Below are positions 39,946-49,574 of a stretch of 64,000 nucleotides of DNA, piece by piece. A program made the translations under genes and the position numbers. The DNA is from Trueperaceae bacterium (GTDB lineage: Bacteria; Deinococcota; Deinococci; Deinococcales; Trueperaceae), in contig OZ243956.1 of assembly GCA_965214405.1 (NCBI GenBank), positions 2,144,001 to 2,208,000 on the forward strand, given 5' to 3'. The notes beneath the pieces were generated by a model, which did not search any database, was not told the origin of the DNA, and saw nothing but the letters and a program-made list of their open reading frames with translations. The first letter of the stretch is position 1; each line of letters starts with the position of its first letter.

Positions 39946-41025
39946 TTGATTACAGAACCTATCCGTCCTACGAGTTCACCCCTTGAAAGACCCATACGCG
40001 AAACCAAACCCAAACTGTGGACGCCCAAACGGGTGCTGTTTACGCCGGACGCGCTCGAGCAGCCCTTCGGCCAGGCCATCCACGCGCGCATGACTGCGCT
40101 CGGCCTCGACATCACTGAACTCCCCAGCAACCGCGTCACGGGCTTGCGCGGCAAAGACGAACGTGAGACCTACCGCTTAGCCAAACAAACTTTGGCTGTC
40201 GTCAACGCGCCCCCCAGCCTGATGAAGCTTCAGCCCATCCCCCCGTCAGCCGACTGGCAGTTTCACCTCGCTAAGGGCTGCCCCGCGCACTGCCAATACT
40301 GCTACCTCGCGGGCTCGCTCTCGGGGCCGCCCGTCACGCGCGTCTACGCGAACCTGCCTGAGATTTTGTCGCATCTGGCCCCTTACGAGAGACCGGGCGA
40401 GGCGACCACCTTTGAGGTGTCGTGCTACACCGACCCGCTCGGCTTAGAACACCTTACCGGCAGCCTCTCCGAGTGCATCCGCTACTTTGGCACGCGCACC
40501 GACGGTTATTTACGTTTTGTGAGCAAGTTCGACGCGGTGGACGGTCTGCTGGACCTGCCGCATAACGGGCAAACCAGGGCTCGAGCCTCGGTCAACGCTG
40601 AACCCATTAGCACACGCATGGAGGGCGGCACCGCGCCCGTGTCGGCGCGTCTGGGCGCGCTTCGCAAGCTCGCGGCGGCGGGTTACCCGGTGGGGTTGGT
40701 GATTGCCCCTATCATGCCCATAGCGGATTGGCTCGAGCATTACACCGCCCTTTTTGACGAGATCGAAAGGACGCTCGATCTCCCCTGTGACCTTACCTTT
40801 GAACTTATCAGCCACCGCTTTACCCCCGGCTCTAAGGAGGTGTTGGAGGGCTGGTATCCTAACTCGGCGCTCGAGATGGATGAGTCGCAACGCAGCGTCA
40901 AGCGCAACAAGTTTGGCGGCCTCAAGTACGTGTACGACAAAGAAACGATGGGCCAACTTCGCGCCTTTTTCGAGACGGAAATCTCGTTGCGGTTCCCGGA
41001 GGCCAAGCTTTTGTACTGGACCTAA
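39946..41025 (+). CDS. splB: Spore photoproduct lyase (SplB)-family radical SAM protein
   Basis: GCPAHCQYCYL radical-SAM motif, 'FEVSCYTDPL', 'SHRFT', 'KFGGLKYVY', C-terminal 'LYWT'; AGGAGGAG RBS. Confidence 0.88.
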   Translation: MITEPIRPTSSPLERPIRETKPKLWTPKRVLFTPDALEQPFGQAIHARMTALGLDITELPSNRVTGLRGKDERETYRLAKQTLAVVNAPPSLMKLQPIPPSADWQFHLAKGCPAHCQYCYLAGSLSGPPVTRVYANLPEILSHLAPYERPGEATTFEVSCYTDPLGLEHLTGSLSECIRYFGTRTDGYLRFVSKFDAVDGLLDLPHNGQTRARASVNAEPISTRMEGGTAPVSARLGALRKLAAAGYPVGLVIAPIMPIADWLEHYTALFDEIERTLDLPCDLTFELISHRFTPGSKEVLEGWYPNSALEMDESQRSVKRNKFGGLKYVYDKETMGQLRAFFETEISLRFPEAKLLYWT

Positions 41026-41059
41026 ACGCCGTAATATAATCCAGAGAAGGCCAAATTCG

Positions 41060-41090
41060 AGACGCCGCCACATAGACGGCGTCTTCTTTT
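41060..41090 (+). terminator. Intrinsic terminator after the splB-like gene
   Basis: AGACGCCG / CGGCGTCT stem followed by TCTTTT. Confidence 0.75.
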
Positions 41091-41132
41091 ATTGGTGCAT
41101 ACTCTCCCCTTTTATTGGTGCATACTCTCCCC
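41087..41132. repeat. Perfect 23-bp tandem duplication
   Basis: TTTTATTGGTGCATACTCTCCCC at 41087-41109 and 41110-41132. Confidence 0.95.
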
Positions 41133-41353
41133 ACCAACGTTAAACTTTGATGATAGGCCCTCATGAAAAGTGAGAGCCAGCACCCTTGTAAGTGAGAAAT
41201 ACCCCTGCTATAGTCGAGACATCAAACAACCGCAAGCGGCGCTTCTAAGCTTGCCTACAACCTTGATAAGTTTTTGTACCCGGCTCGAGGCCCCCGTGTG
41301 GTTGGTTTGACAAACATTGTGGAGCAGCAGAAAAAGTACAGAAAGGGTGAAAG

Positions 41354-42667
41354 ATGAAGAAATTTCTACTCCCGCTCGTGCTCGCCTTTGGAATGGTGGC
41401 TTTTGCACAGCAAGACGCCACCATCACCTGGCTCACGGGCAACTCGGGTCAGGCCATCGAGTACGCCAATGATGCAGCGCAGCGTTACATGGACGCCAAC
41501 CCGCACACCATCGGTGGCGAGGACTACAACGTCACCATTAACGTCTTGCAGGGTCCTGAGTCCGCGACCGACCGCTACGCCCAGTACCTCCAGTACTTCC
41601 AGGCGCAGTCGGGTGAGGCCGATCTGCTCGAGATCGACGTAATCTGGCCCGGCGACTTGGCCGAGCACTTGGTAGACTTGTACCAGTATGACGGGATGCA
41701 AGAAGCCGTTGCCGATATGTTCCCCGCCATCGTCGAGAACAACACGGTGGACGGCGCACTCGTCGGCATCCCTGCGTATACCGACGCCGGACTCTTATAC
41801 TACCGTTCGGACCTGCTCGAGAAGTACGGCTTTAGCGGGCCTCCCGCCACCTGGGCTGAAATGGCCGAGATGGCCCAAACGATCCAGGATGGCGAACGCG
41901 GCGAGGGCAACCAAGACTTTCATGGCTTTGTGTGGCAGGGCGCGGCCTACGAGGGGCTGACTTGCGACGCGCTCGAGTGGGTTGCTTCGAACGACGGCGG
42001 CACCATCATCTCCCCGGACGGCACCATCACCATCAACAACGAGAACGCCATCGACATCGTGCAGCAGGCTGCCGATTGGGTCGGCACCATCTCGCCGAGC
42101 GGCGTCACGGGTTTCCAAGAAGAGGACGCCCGTCGCATCTGGACGGCTGGTAACGCCGCCTTTATGCGCAACTGGCCCTACGCCTACTCCTTGAGTGTGG
42201 GTGAAGAGAGCGCCATCACGATTGACCAGTTCGGCGTTATGCCTCTTCCCGCCGGGAGCGTCGAGGGCGGCTCCCCCGCAGCGACGCTGGGCGGCTGGCA
42301 GTACGGTGTGTCCCAATACAGCGCCAACCCGGCGGCGGCGGCTGACTTTGCGATGTTTCTCGCTTCTTACGACGAGCAGCTCACGCGCGCCATCAACCTT
42401 AGCAACCTGCCCACCATCCAAGGAATTTACAACGACGAGCAACTTCTCTCTTCGGACGTAGCCTGGTTCAACGCGCTGCTGCCCGTGTTCCAGAACGCCG
42501 TGGCCCGTCCCTCGACCGCCACCGCGCCCAACTATAACGAGGTCTCGCGCGCCTTTTATACGACCGTTCACGACGTGCTGACCGGCACGGCGAACGCCGA
42601 AGACGCCTTTGCGGAACTCGAGCTCGACTTAGAAGACCTCACCGGCCTCCCGACCGGCACGCCTTAA
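41354..42667 (+). CDS. Sugar ABC transporter substrate-binding protein (trehalose/maltose ThuE-like)
   Basis: Signal peptide, 'IDVIWPG', 'DAGLLYYRSDLL', 'YEGLTCD', 'FMRNWPY', 'LGGW'. Confidence 0.92.
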   Translation: MKKFLLPLVLAFGMVAFAQQDATITWLTGNSGQAIEYANDAAQRYMDANPHTIGGEDYNVTINVLQGPESATDRYAQYLQYFQAQSGEADLLEIDVIWPGDLAEHLVDLYQYDGMQEAVADMFPAIVENNTVDGALVGIPAYTDAGLLYYRSDLLEKYGFSGPPATWAEMAEMAQTIQDGERGEGNQDFHGFVWQGAAYEGLTCDALEWVASNDGGTIISPDGTITINNENAIDIVQQAADWVGTISPSGVTGFQEEDARRIWTAGNAAFMRNWPYAYSLSVGEESAITIDQFGVMPLPAGSVEGGSPAATLGGWQYGVSQYSANPAAAADFAMFLASYDEQLTRAINLSNLPTIQGIYNDEQLLSSDVAWFNALLPVFQNAVARPSTATAPNYNEVSRAFYTTVHDVLTGTANAEDAFAELELDLEDLTGLPTGTP

Positions 42668-42743
42668 TCCTGCTAGGGCGGTGAGACCCGCGTAACGCGT
42701 GGGCAATCGTCATTACCTAAACGCACAAGTATCACTAAAGACC

Positions 42744-42776
42744 AAAGCCGGGCTGGAATAAATCAGCCCGGCTTTT
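42744..42776 (+). terminator. Stem-loop after the binding-protein gene (terminator or attenuating hairpin)
   Basis: AAAGCCGGGCTG / CAGCCCGGCTTT followed by T. Confidence 0.75.
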
Positions 42777-42844
42777 ACGCGTCCGTGCTTACGCAGACGC
42801 GGTCAACCTGATATAGTTTATTAATTTCATAAGGAGGTAACGCT

Positions 42845-43948
42845 GTGGCTCAACCGCAAGCGCAACGCACCACGCCTGGGGCCAGGGGCCGTTCCGACCT
42901 CGCCAAGGCCGAGGAACGCACCGCTCTTTGGCTTCTCGCGCCCACATTCATTGTTCTCCTCGTTCTCGCTATCTATCCCTTGGGTCAGGTGTTCGTCCAG
43001 AGCTTTACCAACGCCCGCTTTGCGAGCGACACCCCCGTCAGCTACGTCGGCTTTCAAAACTACCGCCAGCTCCTCAGCATGACCGTCCGCGAGCTGCCCG
43101 CCCAACGCGACGCGGAGGGCAACGTGGTCGTCGAGGACGGCCGGGTGCAGTACGAAAGCTGGGTCAGGGTTTTGCCGCGCGAGCCCTTGCGTTACCGGCA
43201 GGTAGCCGAGTTTAGCTTTGCGGGTAACCGCTATGTATTTGGCGCGACCTCCGCCGACTTTATCAGGGCGGTTGGGGACACGCTAGTCTTTACCTTTTTC
43301 TGCGTGGTTCTCGAAACGCTTTTCGGTATGATTATTGCCCTCACCCTATTTACCAAATTTATCGGTCGCGGCGTCATGCGCGCCGCCATGCTCGTGCCCT
43401 GGGCGATTGTCACCGTGGTGTCCGCGCGCATCTGGGAATGGATGCTCCAGTCTACGCGCCTGGGCTTTTTCAACTCCTTTTTGCTGGACCTGGGCATCAT
43501 CAACCGCCCGCTGGTCTTTCTCGCCAACAGCTCGGCCAACATTTCTTTGCAGCTTCCCAGCGCCATCGCCATCGACGTTTGGAAGACCACGCCGTTTATG
43601 GCGCTCTTGCTCTTGGCAGGTCTCGCCACCATTCCGGGCGAACTCTACGAGGCGGCGGAGATAGACGGGGCCAACAAGATACGCCAGTTTTTCTCCATCA
43701 CGCTGCCCTTACTTACGCCCACGCTGGCGGTCGCGCTTATTTTCCGCACGCTCGACACGCTCCGCGTTTTTGACCTTTTCCAGGTGGTCTTTGGCGAGGA
43801 GCGGATGTCGATGGCGAGTTACGCCTATTTCGAGCTTATTTCGGCCAGGGACGTCGGCATGAGTTCGGCGGCCAGCGTGGTGATTTTTATCCTTTTGTTC
43901 GGTTTCGCGTTTATGTACATTCGCGTGTTGGGAGTTGAGACGGAATGA
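42845..43948 (+). CDS. Sugar ABC transporter permease (MalF/ThuF-like)
   Basis: 'DVWKTTPF', EAA loop 'ELYEAAEIDGA', 'RVFDL'. Confidence 0.93.
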   Translation: MAQPQAQRTTPGARGRSDLAKAEERTALWLLAPTFIVLLVLAIYPLGQVFVQSFTNARFASDTPVSYVGFQNYRQLLSMTVRELPAQRDAEGNVVVEDGRVQYESWVRVLPREPLRYRQVAEFSFAGNRYVFGATSADFIRAVGDTLVFTFFCVVLETLFGMIIALTLFTKFIGRGVMRAAMLVPWAIVTVVSARIWEWMLQSTRLGFFNSFLLDLGIINRPLVFLANSSANISLQLPSAIAIDVWKTTPFMALLLLAGLATIPGELYEAAEIDGANKIRQFFSITLPLLTPTLAVALIFRTLDTLRVFDLFQVVFGEERMSMASYAYFELISARDVGMSSAASVVIFILLFGFAFMYIRVLGVETE

Positions 43949-44829
43949 CGGCAAATACGGCTCGGTCAAACAGTTCTTACCGCTCGAGCAAGCGCACCCG
44001 CCAGATTATCGGCAGGATTTTCTTCTGGCTTCTCATCGTCATCATCTTCATCTACTTGATGTTTCCCTTCTATTGGGCGCTCATTTCGGCGCTCAAGACG
44101 GGCTCTGAACTTAACCAGCCGCCCGTGACCTATTTTCCTCACAACCCGAGCTTCAAAAACTTCGCGTCGGTGTTTCGTAACACGGTCTTTTTGAGAGGAT
44201 TGCTAAACAGCGCCATCGTCGCCACCGCGACCACCGTCCTGAGTTTGTTGGTGGGGTCGTTCGCGGGCTACGCGCTCGGCAAGCTGCGCTTTCGCGGCAA
44301 ATCCCCCTCGCTCTACGTCATTTTGGCGATGACCATGTTTCCGCAAGTTGCCATTCTCGCGGGGCTCTACGCGGTGATTCGCTTTTTGGGTTTGCCGACG
44401 CTCGTCTCCATCACGCTTTCCTACTTGCTCTTCAGCGTGCCCTTTACCGCCTGGGTGCTGACGTCGTTTTTCAAGGGCCTGCCCGACTCGCTCTTGCAGT
44501 CCGCGCAGGTGGACGGGGCCAACATGATGCAGACCTTTTGGCTCATCTTGTTACCCCTCACCGGACCCGCGCTCGTCACCACCGGGCTCTTGACCTTTAT
44601 CGGGGCCTGGAACGAGTATTTGTTCGCGCTCACCTTTACCTCGTTCGACCCGAGCGCGCAAACGGTGCCCGTCGCCATCGCCAAGTTCGCGGGGCAGATA
44701 CCAAGGCAAGAGCCCTTCGGCGAGATTATGGCGGCGGCGATTATCGTGACCGTTCCTTTGGTCGCGCTCGTGCTTGTTTTCCAGGGTCGCATCGTCGAGG
44801 GGCTGACGGCGGGGGCGGTGAAAGGGTAG
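43945..44829 (+). CDS. Sugar ABC transporter permease (MalG/ThuG-like)
   Basis: 'SAQVDGA' EAA loop, 'AWNEYLFA', C-terminal 'GLTAGAVKG'. Confidence 0.93.
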   Translation: MTANTARSNSSYRSSKRTRQIIGRIFFWLLIVIIFIYLMFPFYWALISALKTGSELNQPPVTYFPHNPSFKNFASVFRNTVFLRGLLNSAIVATATTVLSLLVGSFAGYALGKLRFRGKSPSLYVILAMTMFPQVAILAGLYAVIRFLGLPTLVSITLSYLLFSVPFTAWVLTSFFKGLPDSLLQSAQVDGANMMQTFWLILLPLTGPALVTTGLLTFIGAWNEYLFALTFTSFDPSAQTVPVAIAKFAGQIPRQEPFGEIMAAAIIVTVPLVALVLVFQGRIVEGLTAGAVKG

Positions 44830-44865
44830 AAGCTGGCATCTGTAAAGGGGTTAAGCACAACCTTG

Positions 44866-44894
44866 TTGACACCCCCTTACGCGCCGCGTATACT
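44866..44894 (+). promoter_or_regulatory. Near-consensus sigma70 promoter of the leu leader
   Basis: TTGACA (44866-44871), 17-bp spacer, TATACT (44889-44894); the ATG follows 6 nt later. Confidence 0.85.
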
Positions 44895-44900
44895 CCCTCC

Positions 44901-44978
44901 ATGCGCCTACGCCGTCGTCTCCAGATTGTTAGAAAGCTTCACGAGAGGCTATACCTAGAGGTTGGGGCTGCCGCGTAG
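44901..44978 (+). CDS. Leaderless leader peptide of the leuCD attenuator ([25 protein letters not shown])
   Basis: 25 codons including 5 Leu, three of them the rare CTA; lies between the promoter and a terminator hairpin upstream of leuC. Confidence 0.75.
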   Translation: MRLRRRLQIVRKLHERLYLEVGAAA

Positions 44979-45000
44979 CATCTTTGAACGGTTCATTGGC

Positions 45001-45034
45001 ACCCCCTGGTCTAAAAAGCCAGGGGGTTTTTCTT
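45001..45034 (+). terminator. Attenuator terminator upstream of leuC
   Basis: ACCCCCTGG / CCAGGGGGT stem plus TTTTCTT. The left arm overlaps GGCACCCC (44998-45005), which can instead pair with GGGGCTGCC (44964-44972). Confidence 0.82.
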
Positions 45035-45054
45035 ACTTTGAGAGAGGTGTCAGG

Positions 45055-46515
45055 ATGGAAAGAGGAGAGGGCTCGAGCCCCAACATAACTAATCCACAAA
45101 ATCTTTTCAATAAGGTTTGGGACGCGCACACGGTCGGCACGCTCCGCAACGGCCAGACACAACTGCTTATCGGCACGCACCTCATCCACGAGGTCACGAG
45201 CCCGCAGGCTTTCGGGATGCTCCGCGACCTAAATTTAAGCGTCCGCTACCCCGAACGCACCTTTGCGACGGTTGACCACATCGTCCCCACCGACAACCGC
45301 GAGGAACCCTTTAGCGACCCCCTGGCCGACGAGATGATTAAGGAGTTGCGTAAAAACGCACAAACGTACGGCATTACCATGTTTGATTTAGAGAGCGGCA
45401 AGCAGGGCATCGTCCATATGGTCGGCCCCGAGCAGGGCATCACCCAGCCGGGCACGACGATCGCCTGCGGTGACTCGCACACCGCTACGCACGGCGCGTT
45501 CGGCGCGGTCGCGTTTGGCATCGGGACAAGTCAAGTGCGCGACGTGCTGGCGACGCAAACGCTCGCCATGAGCAAACCCAGGGTGCGGCGCATCAATGTG
45601 GACGGCGCGCTCGGCCCCGGCGTCTACGCCAAAGACGTGATTTTGCACATCATCCGCGTCTTGGGTGTTAAAGGCGGCCTCGGCTACGCCTACGAGTACG
45701 GCGGCGAAGTCTTCGACCGGATGAGCATGGAAGAGCGGATGACGGTGTGCAACATGTCCATCGAGGGCGGCGCGCGCTGCGGCTACGTCAACCCAGACGA
45801 AACGACGTTTGAGTACCTGAAAGGTCGCCCCTACGCGCCCAAGGAAACCGAGTGGGACGAGGCGGTGGCGAGCTGGCGATCTTTCGCCTCGGACGAGGGC
45901 TGCCGTTACGACGACGTGGTGGACATCCGCGCGCAAGACATCGCGCCAACGGTCACCTGGGGCATCAATCCGGGGCAAGCTATTTTTATAGACGAGCGCG
46001 TGCCGACGGTCGAGGACGCGCTCGAGGGTGACAAGGCCGCGGTCGCCGAGGCGCTAGAGCACATGAAGCTCACGCCGGGCGCGCCCATCCAGGGCACCCC
46101 CATCGACGTGGCGTTTTTCGGCTCCTGCACCAACGCGCGACTGTCGGACTTTCTCGAGGTTGCCAAATACCTCAAGGGCCACAAAGTTCACCCCCACGTC
46201 AAGGCCATCGCCGTGCCGGGGTCGCAAATCGTCAAATACCACTGTGAAGAACTGGGTATTGACCAGGTGTTCAGAGACGCAGGCTTTGAATGGCGCGAGG
46301 CGGGCTGCTCGATGTGTTTGGCGATGAACCCGGACAAGCTTGTGGGGGATCAGCTTTGTGCGTCCTCGAGCAATCGCAACTTCAAAGGCCGACAGGGCAG
46401 CGTCACGGGTAGAACGGTCTTAATGAGCCCGGTGATGGTCGCGGCGGCAGCGGTTACGGGAGAAATCAGTGATGCAAGGAAAGTTTTCGGGGTGAAGGAA
46501 GTAGTTAGCTTTTGA
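45055..46515 (+). CDS. leuC: 3-isopropylmalate dehydratase large subunit
   Basis: 'HEVTSPQAF', 'CGDSHT', 'GSCTNAR', 'GCSMCLAMN', '[10 protein letters not shown]'; start moved to ATG 45055 (GAGG upstream). Confidence 0.97.
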   Translation: MERGEGSSPNITNPQNLFNKVWDAHTVGTLRNGQTQLLIGTHLIHEVTSPQAFGMLRDLNLSVRYPERTFATVDHIVPTDNREEPFSDPLADEMIKELRKNAQTYGITMFDLESGKQGIVHMVGPEQGITQPGTTIACGDSHTATHGAFGAVAFGIGTSQVRDVLATQTLAMSKPRVRRINVDGALGPGVYAKDVILHIIRVLGVKGGLGYAYEYGGEVFDRMSMEERMTVCNMSIEGGARCGYVNPDETTFEYLKGRPYAPKETEWDEAVASWRSFASDEGCRYDDVVDIRAQDIAPTVTWGINPGQAIFIDERVPTVEDALEGDKAAVAEALEHMKLTPGAPIQGTPIDVAFFGSCTNARLSDFLEVAKYLKGHKVHPHVKAIAVPGSQIVKYHCEELGIDQVFRDAGFEWREAGCSMCLAMNPDKLVGDQLCASSSNRNFKGRQGSVTGRTVLMSPVMVAAAAVTGEISDARKVFGVKEVVSF

Positions 46516-46543
46516 AGTTCACTATACTCTCTTTCAGTTCAGC

Positions 46544-47284
46544 TTGGATGGGGCAATGTTCTTCTCGCAAGTCCTAAATACAAAATGCTCTGCCAGTTCT
46601 CTGCCGGAGATAGAAACACCGCTAGGCAACATTGCTTTCTCTGTTAAGTTAAATGAGAGTGACGTAACTGCCAAGTTTAGTGGCTGTTTCGATTTGGGAC
46701 GCGGAGAAAAGCTGTTTCGGTATGAGTTGCCAGAAGCGTTCTTTGAGCTGCTTATCTTTCGAAACAACTTCAAACTCTTGCCTCATCAAAGGATAAAAGA
46801 CTGTCTAACATGCGCTATACGTCTGGCTGCAAAGCGTGATGTTCAACTGCGCTTTGCAGGCGCTTGGTCGGGAAACAGCTACCCTGATGGTGGGGGTGAG
46901 CCAGGCGAACGCTTAATGGCAATGACTTGGGAAAGTTCTCAGTTTGTTGTCTCTTTGGGTACCGGAGATATCGAGTGGCACTATCCTTATGCGGGCAAGT
47001 CTTTTCCTCTTCGCTGGAAGCAGTTTCTGCCTGAATACGAACTGCCGGAATATATGAACGAACAGACTATTCACTTTATTGAACAGGTAGGCCAACGAGG
47101 TTTGATGTTTGAACCACCGGGCCTAATGAGCGGTGAAGCTTGTCAGTTGGCTTTTGCTGTCGCTTGGGCAGATTTTGCTGAAAATGACATTTCAACGTGG
47201 CTTTCTGTTGATTATGCCCATGAAATCAAACGCGACGACTTTTTACCCTTTAGACCCTTCCGCCGCGACGAAGCCAGTACATAA
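46544..47284 (+). CDS. Hypothetical protein inserted between leuC and leuD
   Basis: 246-aa ORF in AT-richer DNA, with TATACT at 46524-46529; no family recognised. Confidence 0.7.
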   Translation: MDGAMFFSQVLNTKCSASSLPEIETPLGNIAFSVKLNESDVTAKFSGCFDLGRGEKLFRYELPEAFFELLIFRNNFKLLPHQRIKDCLTCAIRLAAKRDVQLRFAGAWSGNSYPDGGGEPGERLMAMTWESSQFVVSLGTGDIEWHYPYAGKSFPLRWKQFLPEYELPEYMNEQTIHFIEQVGQRGLMFEPPGLMSGEACQLAFAVAWADFAENDISTWLSVDYAHEIKRDDFLPFRPFRRDEAST

Positions 47285-47338
47285 CGACCAAAAGCTAAAG
47301 GTTGGCTACCCAAATCTTATTTATCTTGGAGGTTCGCA

Positions 47339-47935
47339 ATGGCCTTAGAAAAAATCACCCACCTCACCGGCAGAGGCGTCTACATCCCCGGTAACGACCT
47401 TGACACCGACCGCATCATCCCCGCGCGCTACCTCAAATGCGTGACCTTTGACGGCCTGGGCGAGTCGCTCTTTTACGACGTGCGCTTTTTTGAGGACGGC
47501 GCGCCTCGAGAGCATCCCCTCAACGACCCGCGCTTCGAGGGGGCCACCGTCATGCTCGCGGACGCCAATTTCGGCTGCGGCTCCTCACGCGAGCACGCGC
47601 CGCAGGCCATCCACCGCCACGGCTTTCGGGCGGTCGTCGCCGAGAGCTTCGCGGAAATCTTTTACGGCAACGCCGTGACCCTCGGGCTGGTTTGTGTGGA
47701 GGCCGACAGGGAGCAAATTCGGATGATGGTCGAGACTATTGAGCAGAACCCGCGCACGGAAATTGCTATTGACATAGGGAACGAGCGCGTAACATTTGCC
47801 GACAAAACGCTTCCGGTGACCATCAAGCAGAGCGCCAAAGACGCGCTTGTTGATGGGCGTTGGGACCCGATTGCAGAACTTTTGGAGGCCGACCAGAGCA
47901 TCACCGAAACGGCTCAGCGCCTGCCTTACATTTGA
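47339..47935 (+). CDS. leuD: 3-isopropylmalate dehydratase small subunit
   Basis: 'DTDRIIPARYL', 'NFGCGSSREHA', 'SFAEIFYGN'. Confidence 0.97.
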   Translation: MALEKITHLTGRGVYIPGNDLDTDRIIPARYLKCVTFDGLGESLFYDVRFFEDGAPREHPLNDPRFEGATVMLADANFGCGSSREHAPQAIHRHGFRAVVAESFAEIFYGNAVTLGLVCVEADREQIRMMVETIEQNPRTEIAIDIGNERVTFADKTLPVTIKQSAKDALVDGRWDPIAELLEADQSITETAQRLPYI

Positions 47936-47956
47936 GAAGGAGCTAAACTAGTGGCT

Positions 47957-48160
47957 ATGATCACGCTTAAACGCAGCCCCGTCCATTCCGACCCGGATGT
48001 TTTGGGGGGCACGCTCGTTTTTCACGGTACGCGGGTGCCCGCCCAAACGCTGCTTGACTACTTAGGTGACGGGTACAGCGTGGCGGTGTTTTTGGAGAAC
48101 TTTCCGTCGGTGACGCCTGAAGATGCTACGGCGTTCCTCGAGCTTGCCCGTCCCAGTTGA
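47957..48160 (+). CDS. DUF433-family antitoxin
   Basis: 'DPDVLGGTLVFHGTRVP...LLDYL..G......ENFPSV'; TAAACT 7 nt before ATG 47957. Confidence 0.9.
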   Translation: MITLKRSPVHSDPDVLGGTLVFHGTRVPAQTLLDYLGDGYSVAVFLENFPSVTPEDATAFLELARPS

Positions 48161-48486
48161 CTATCCTCTTAGATGAAAATATTCCTCACCTCTTGAAGCG
48201 CTTTCTGAGTGAGTTCGAGGTCGCAACGGTTCAGGAGATAGGTCTGGCGGGAACCAAAAACGGCGCACTCATCTCCTTTATCGATGGCAAGTACGATGTT
48301 TTCATCACCGCAGACAAAAATCTCAAGTACCAGCAGAATCTGGCGGAGCGGAGCGTTGCGATTGTAGAGCTTTACAGCAACCGCTTACCTGAGATAGAGC
48401 GCATGAAGGAGAGGATACGGATGGTGTTAGCCAATGTTGTAAAAGGTGATTTTGTAACTGTAGGGCCGCCTGAGAGAGACGCGTGA
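48157..48486 (+). CDS. DUF5615-family PIN-like toxin
   Basis: 'ILLDENIP', 'FITADKNL.YQQNL'; 4-nt overlap with the DUF433 gene. Confidence 0.88.
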   Translation: MTILLDENIPHLLKRFLSEFEVATVQEIGLAGTKNGALISFIDGKYDVFITADKNLKYQQNLAERSVAIVELYSNRLPEIERMKERIRMVLANVVKGDFVTVGPPERDA

Positions 48487-49256
48487 GCGTTCAGCAAACC
48501 GCCGACGCCTGGTCGCAACGCGGCGCGGACTACGCCGAGAGCGCGCGCCACAAGTTTGGGCCTTCGCTGCCAAAACTGCTCGAGTTAACCCGCCCCTTCC
48601 CGACAGATGTTTGTCTCGACGTCGGCACAGGAACGGGCCACACCGCCGCCGCGCTCGCCCCACGGGTCAAAAAAGTGTACGGCCTGGACCCCGCCGAGGG
48701 CATGGTGGCGGCGGCTCGAGCCGCCTACGGGCATCTGGACAATCTCGAGTTCGTCTCCGGCACGAGTGAAGACACGGGCTTTGAAAATGACACGTTCGAC
48801 CTCATCACCGCCCGCCACACGCTGCATCATCACCCGAGTATGCCCAAAACGTTGGCCGAACTGGGGCGCGTCTTAAAACCCGGCGGCAGGATCGTCATTG
48901 TTGACGAAGTCACGCCGGACGCGTCGGTCGAGGCGTGGTATCACGCGTTGGAAGTCGCCCGCGACCCCACGCACGGGCGCGCTTATCTTATGGAGGAGTG
49001 GCGGGTGTTTGTGAGGGAGGCGGGGCTCGAGTGGGTCGTCGGCGACGCCCACACCGTCTACACGCTGGACGTTGAGAGCTGGATAACTCGGATGAAGCCT
49101 ACGCTCGAGGCGGCGGAGGCGGTTCGCACGCTTTTTAGAGAGGCAAGCGAGGAGGCCAGGACGCGTTTTAGCATCGTTTATAAAAACGACAACGCGGTAA
49201 CTTTCGACATGCCGATGGCGCTGATTCTCGCCGTCAAACCACGCCGCGCGGCGTGA
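48483..49256 (+). CDS. Class I SAM-dependent methyltransferase
   Basis: 'LDVGTGTGH', 'FDLIT', 'RVLKPGG'. Confidence 0.93.
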   Translation: MSVQQTADAWSQRGADYAESARHKFGPSLPKLLELTRPFPTDVCLDVGTGTGHTAAALAPRVKKVYGLDPAEGMVAAARAAYGHLDNLEFVSGTSEDTGFENDTFDLITARHTLHHHPSMPKTLAELGRVLKPGGRIVIVDEVTPDASVEAWYHALEVARDPTHGRAYLMEEWRVFVREAGLEWVVGDAHTVYTLDVESWITRMKPTLEAAEAVRTLFREASEEARTRFSIVYKNDNAVTFDMPMALILAVKPRRAA

Positions 49257-49304
49257 GTTGCAACCCTTAACCCTTTGGTTTGCTGTGTGAAGTTTGGGTG
49301 AGGC

Positions 49305-49341
49305 GGCTCGAGCCCTTTGCAGTGGGGGGCTCGAGTCCTTG
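49305..49341 (+). terminator. Probable terminator hairpin built from two CTCGAG sites
   Basis: GGCTCGAGCCC / GGGCTCGAGTC inverted repeat followed by T-rich sequence. Confidence 0.6.
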
Positions 49342-49574
49342 TTCTATTTGTTTTTGTCTACGCGTTTTAAGAATTTTGTCATAAAGCTTGAGTTAGTGTC
49401 TTTTTAAGCGTGGTATCCCCCCATTTGGACCCCCCTGTCTGGGGGAGAAAAAAGCGATAAAAGCGCCCTCTGAGACGACAAAACTAAGAACTTTGTAAGA
49501 GTTTTTTTCCTATAGTCAACTTCATAAGCTTTTACGCAGGTCGGTGTGGACCCCTTGCGCAAGAGCGCTAGGAG

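Noticed and set aside
41087..41132. 23-bp direct repeat as a mini-CRISPR
   Set aside because: Only two copies, directly adjacent with no spacer, and no cas genes.
41354..44829. Sugar ABC operon lacking an ATPase
   Set aside because: This is ordinary: CUT1 importers often share a MalK/MsmX ATPase encoded elsewhere.
47278..47338. attC-like site after the ORF inside leuCD (ACATAAC at the stop); likewise TCGTAAC at 31087-31093
   Set aside because: Only an R''-like heptamer is present, with no matching L boxes or properly spaced R'.
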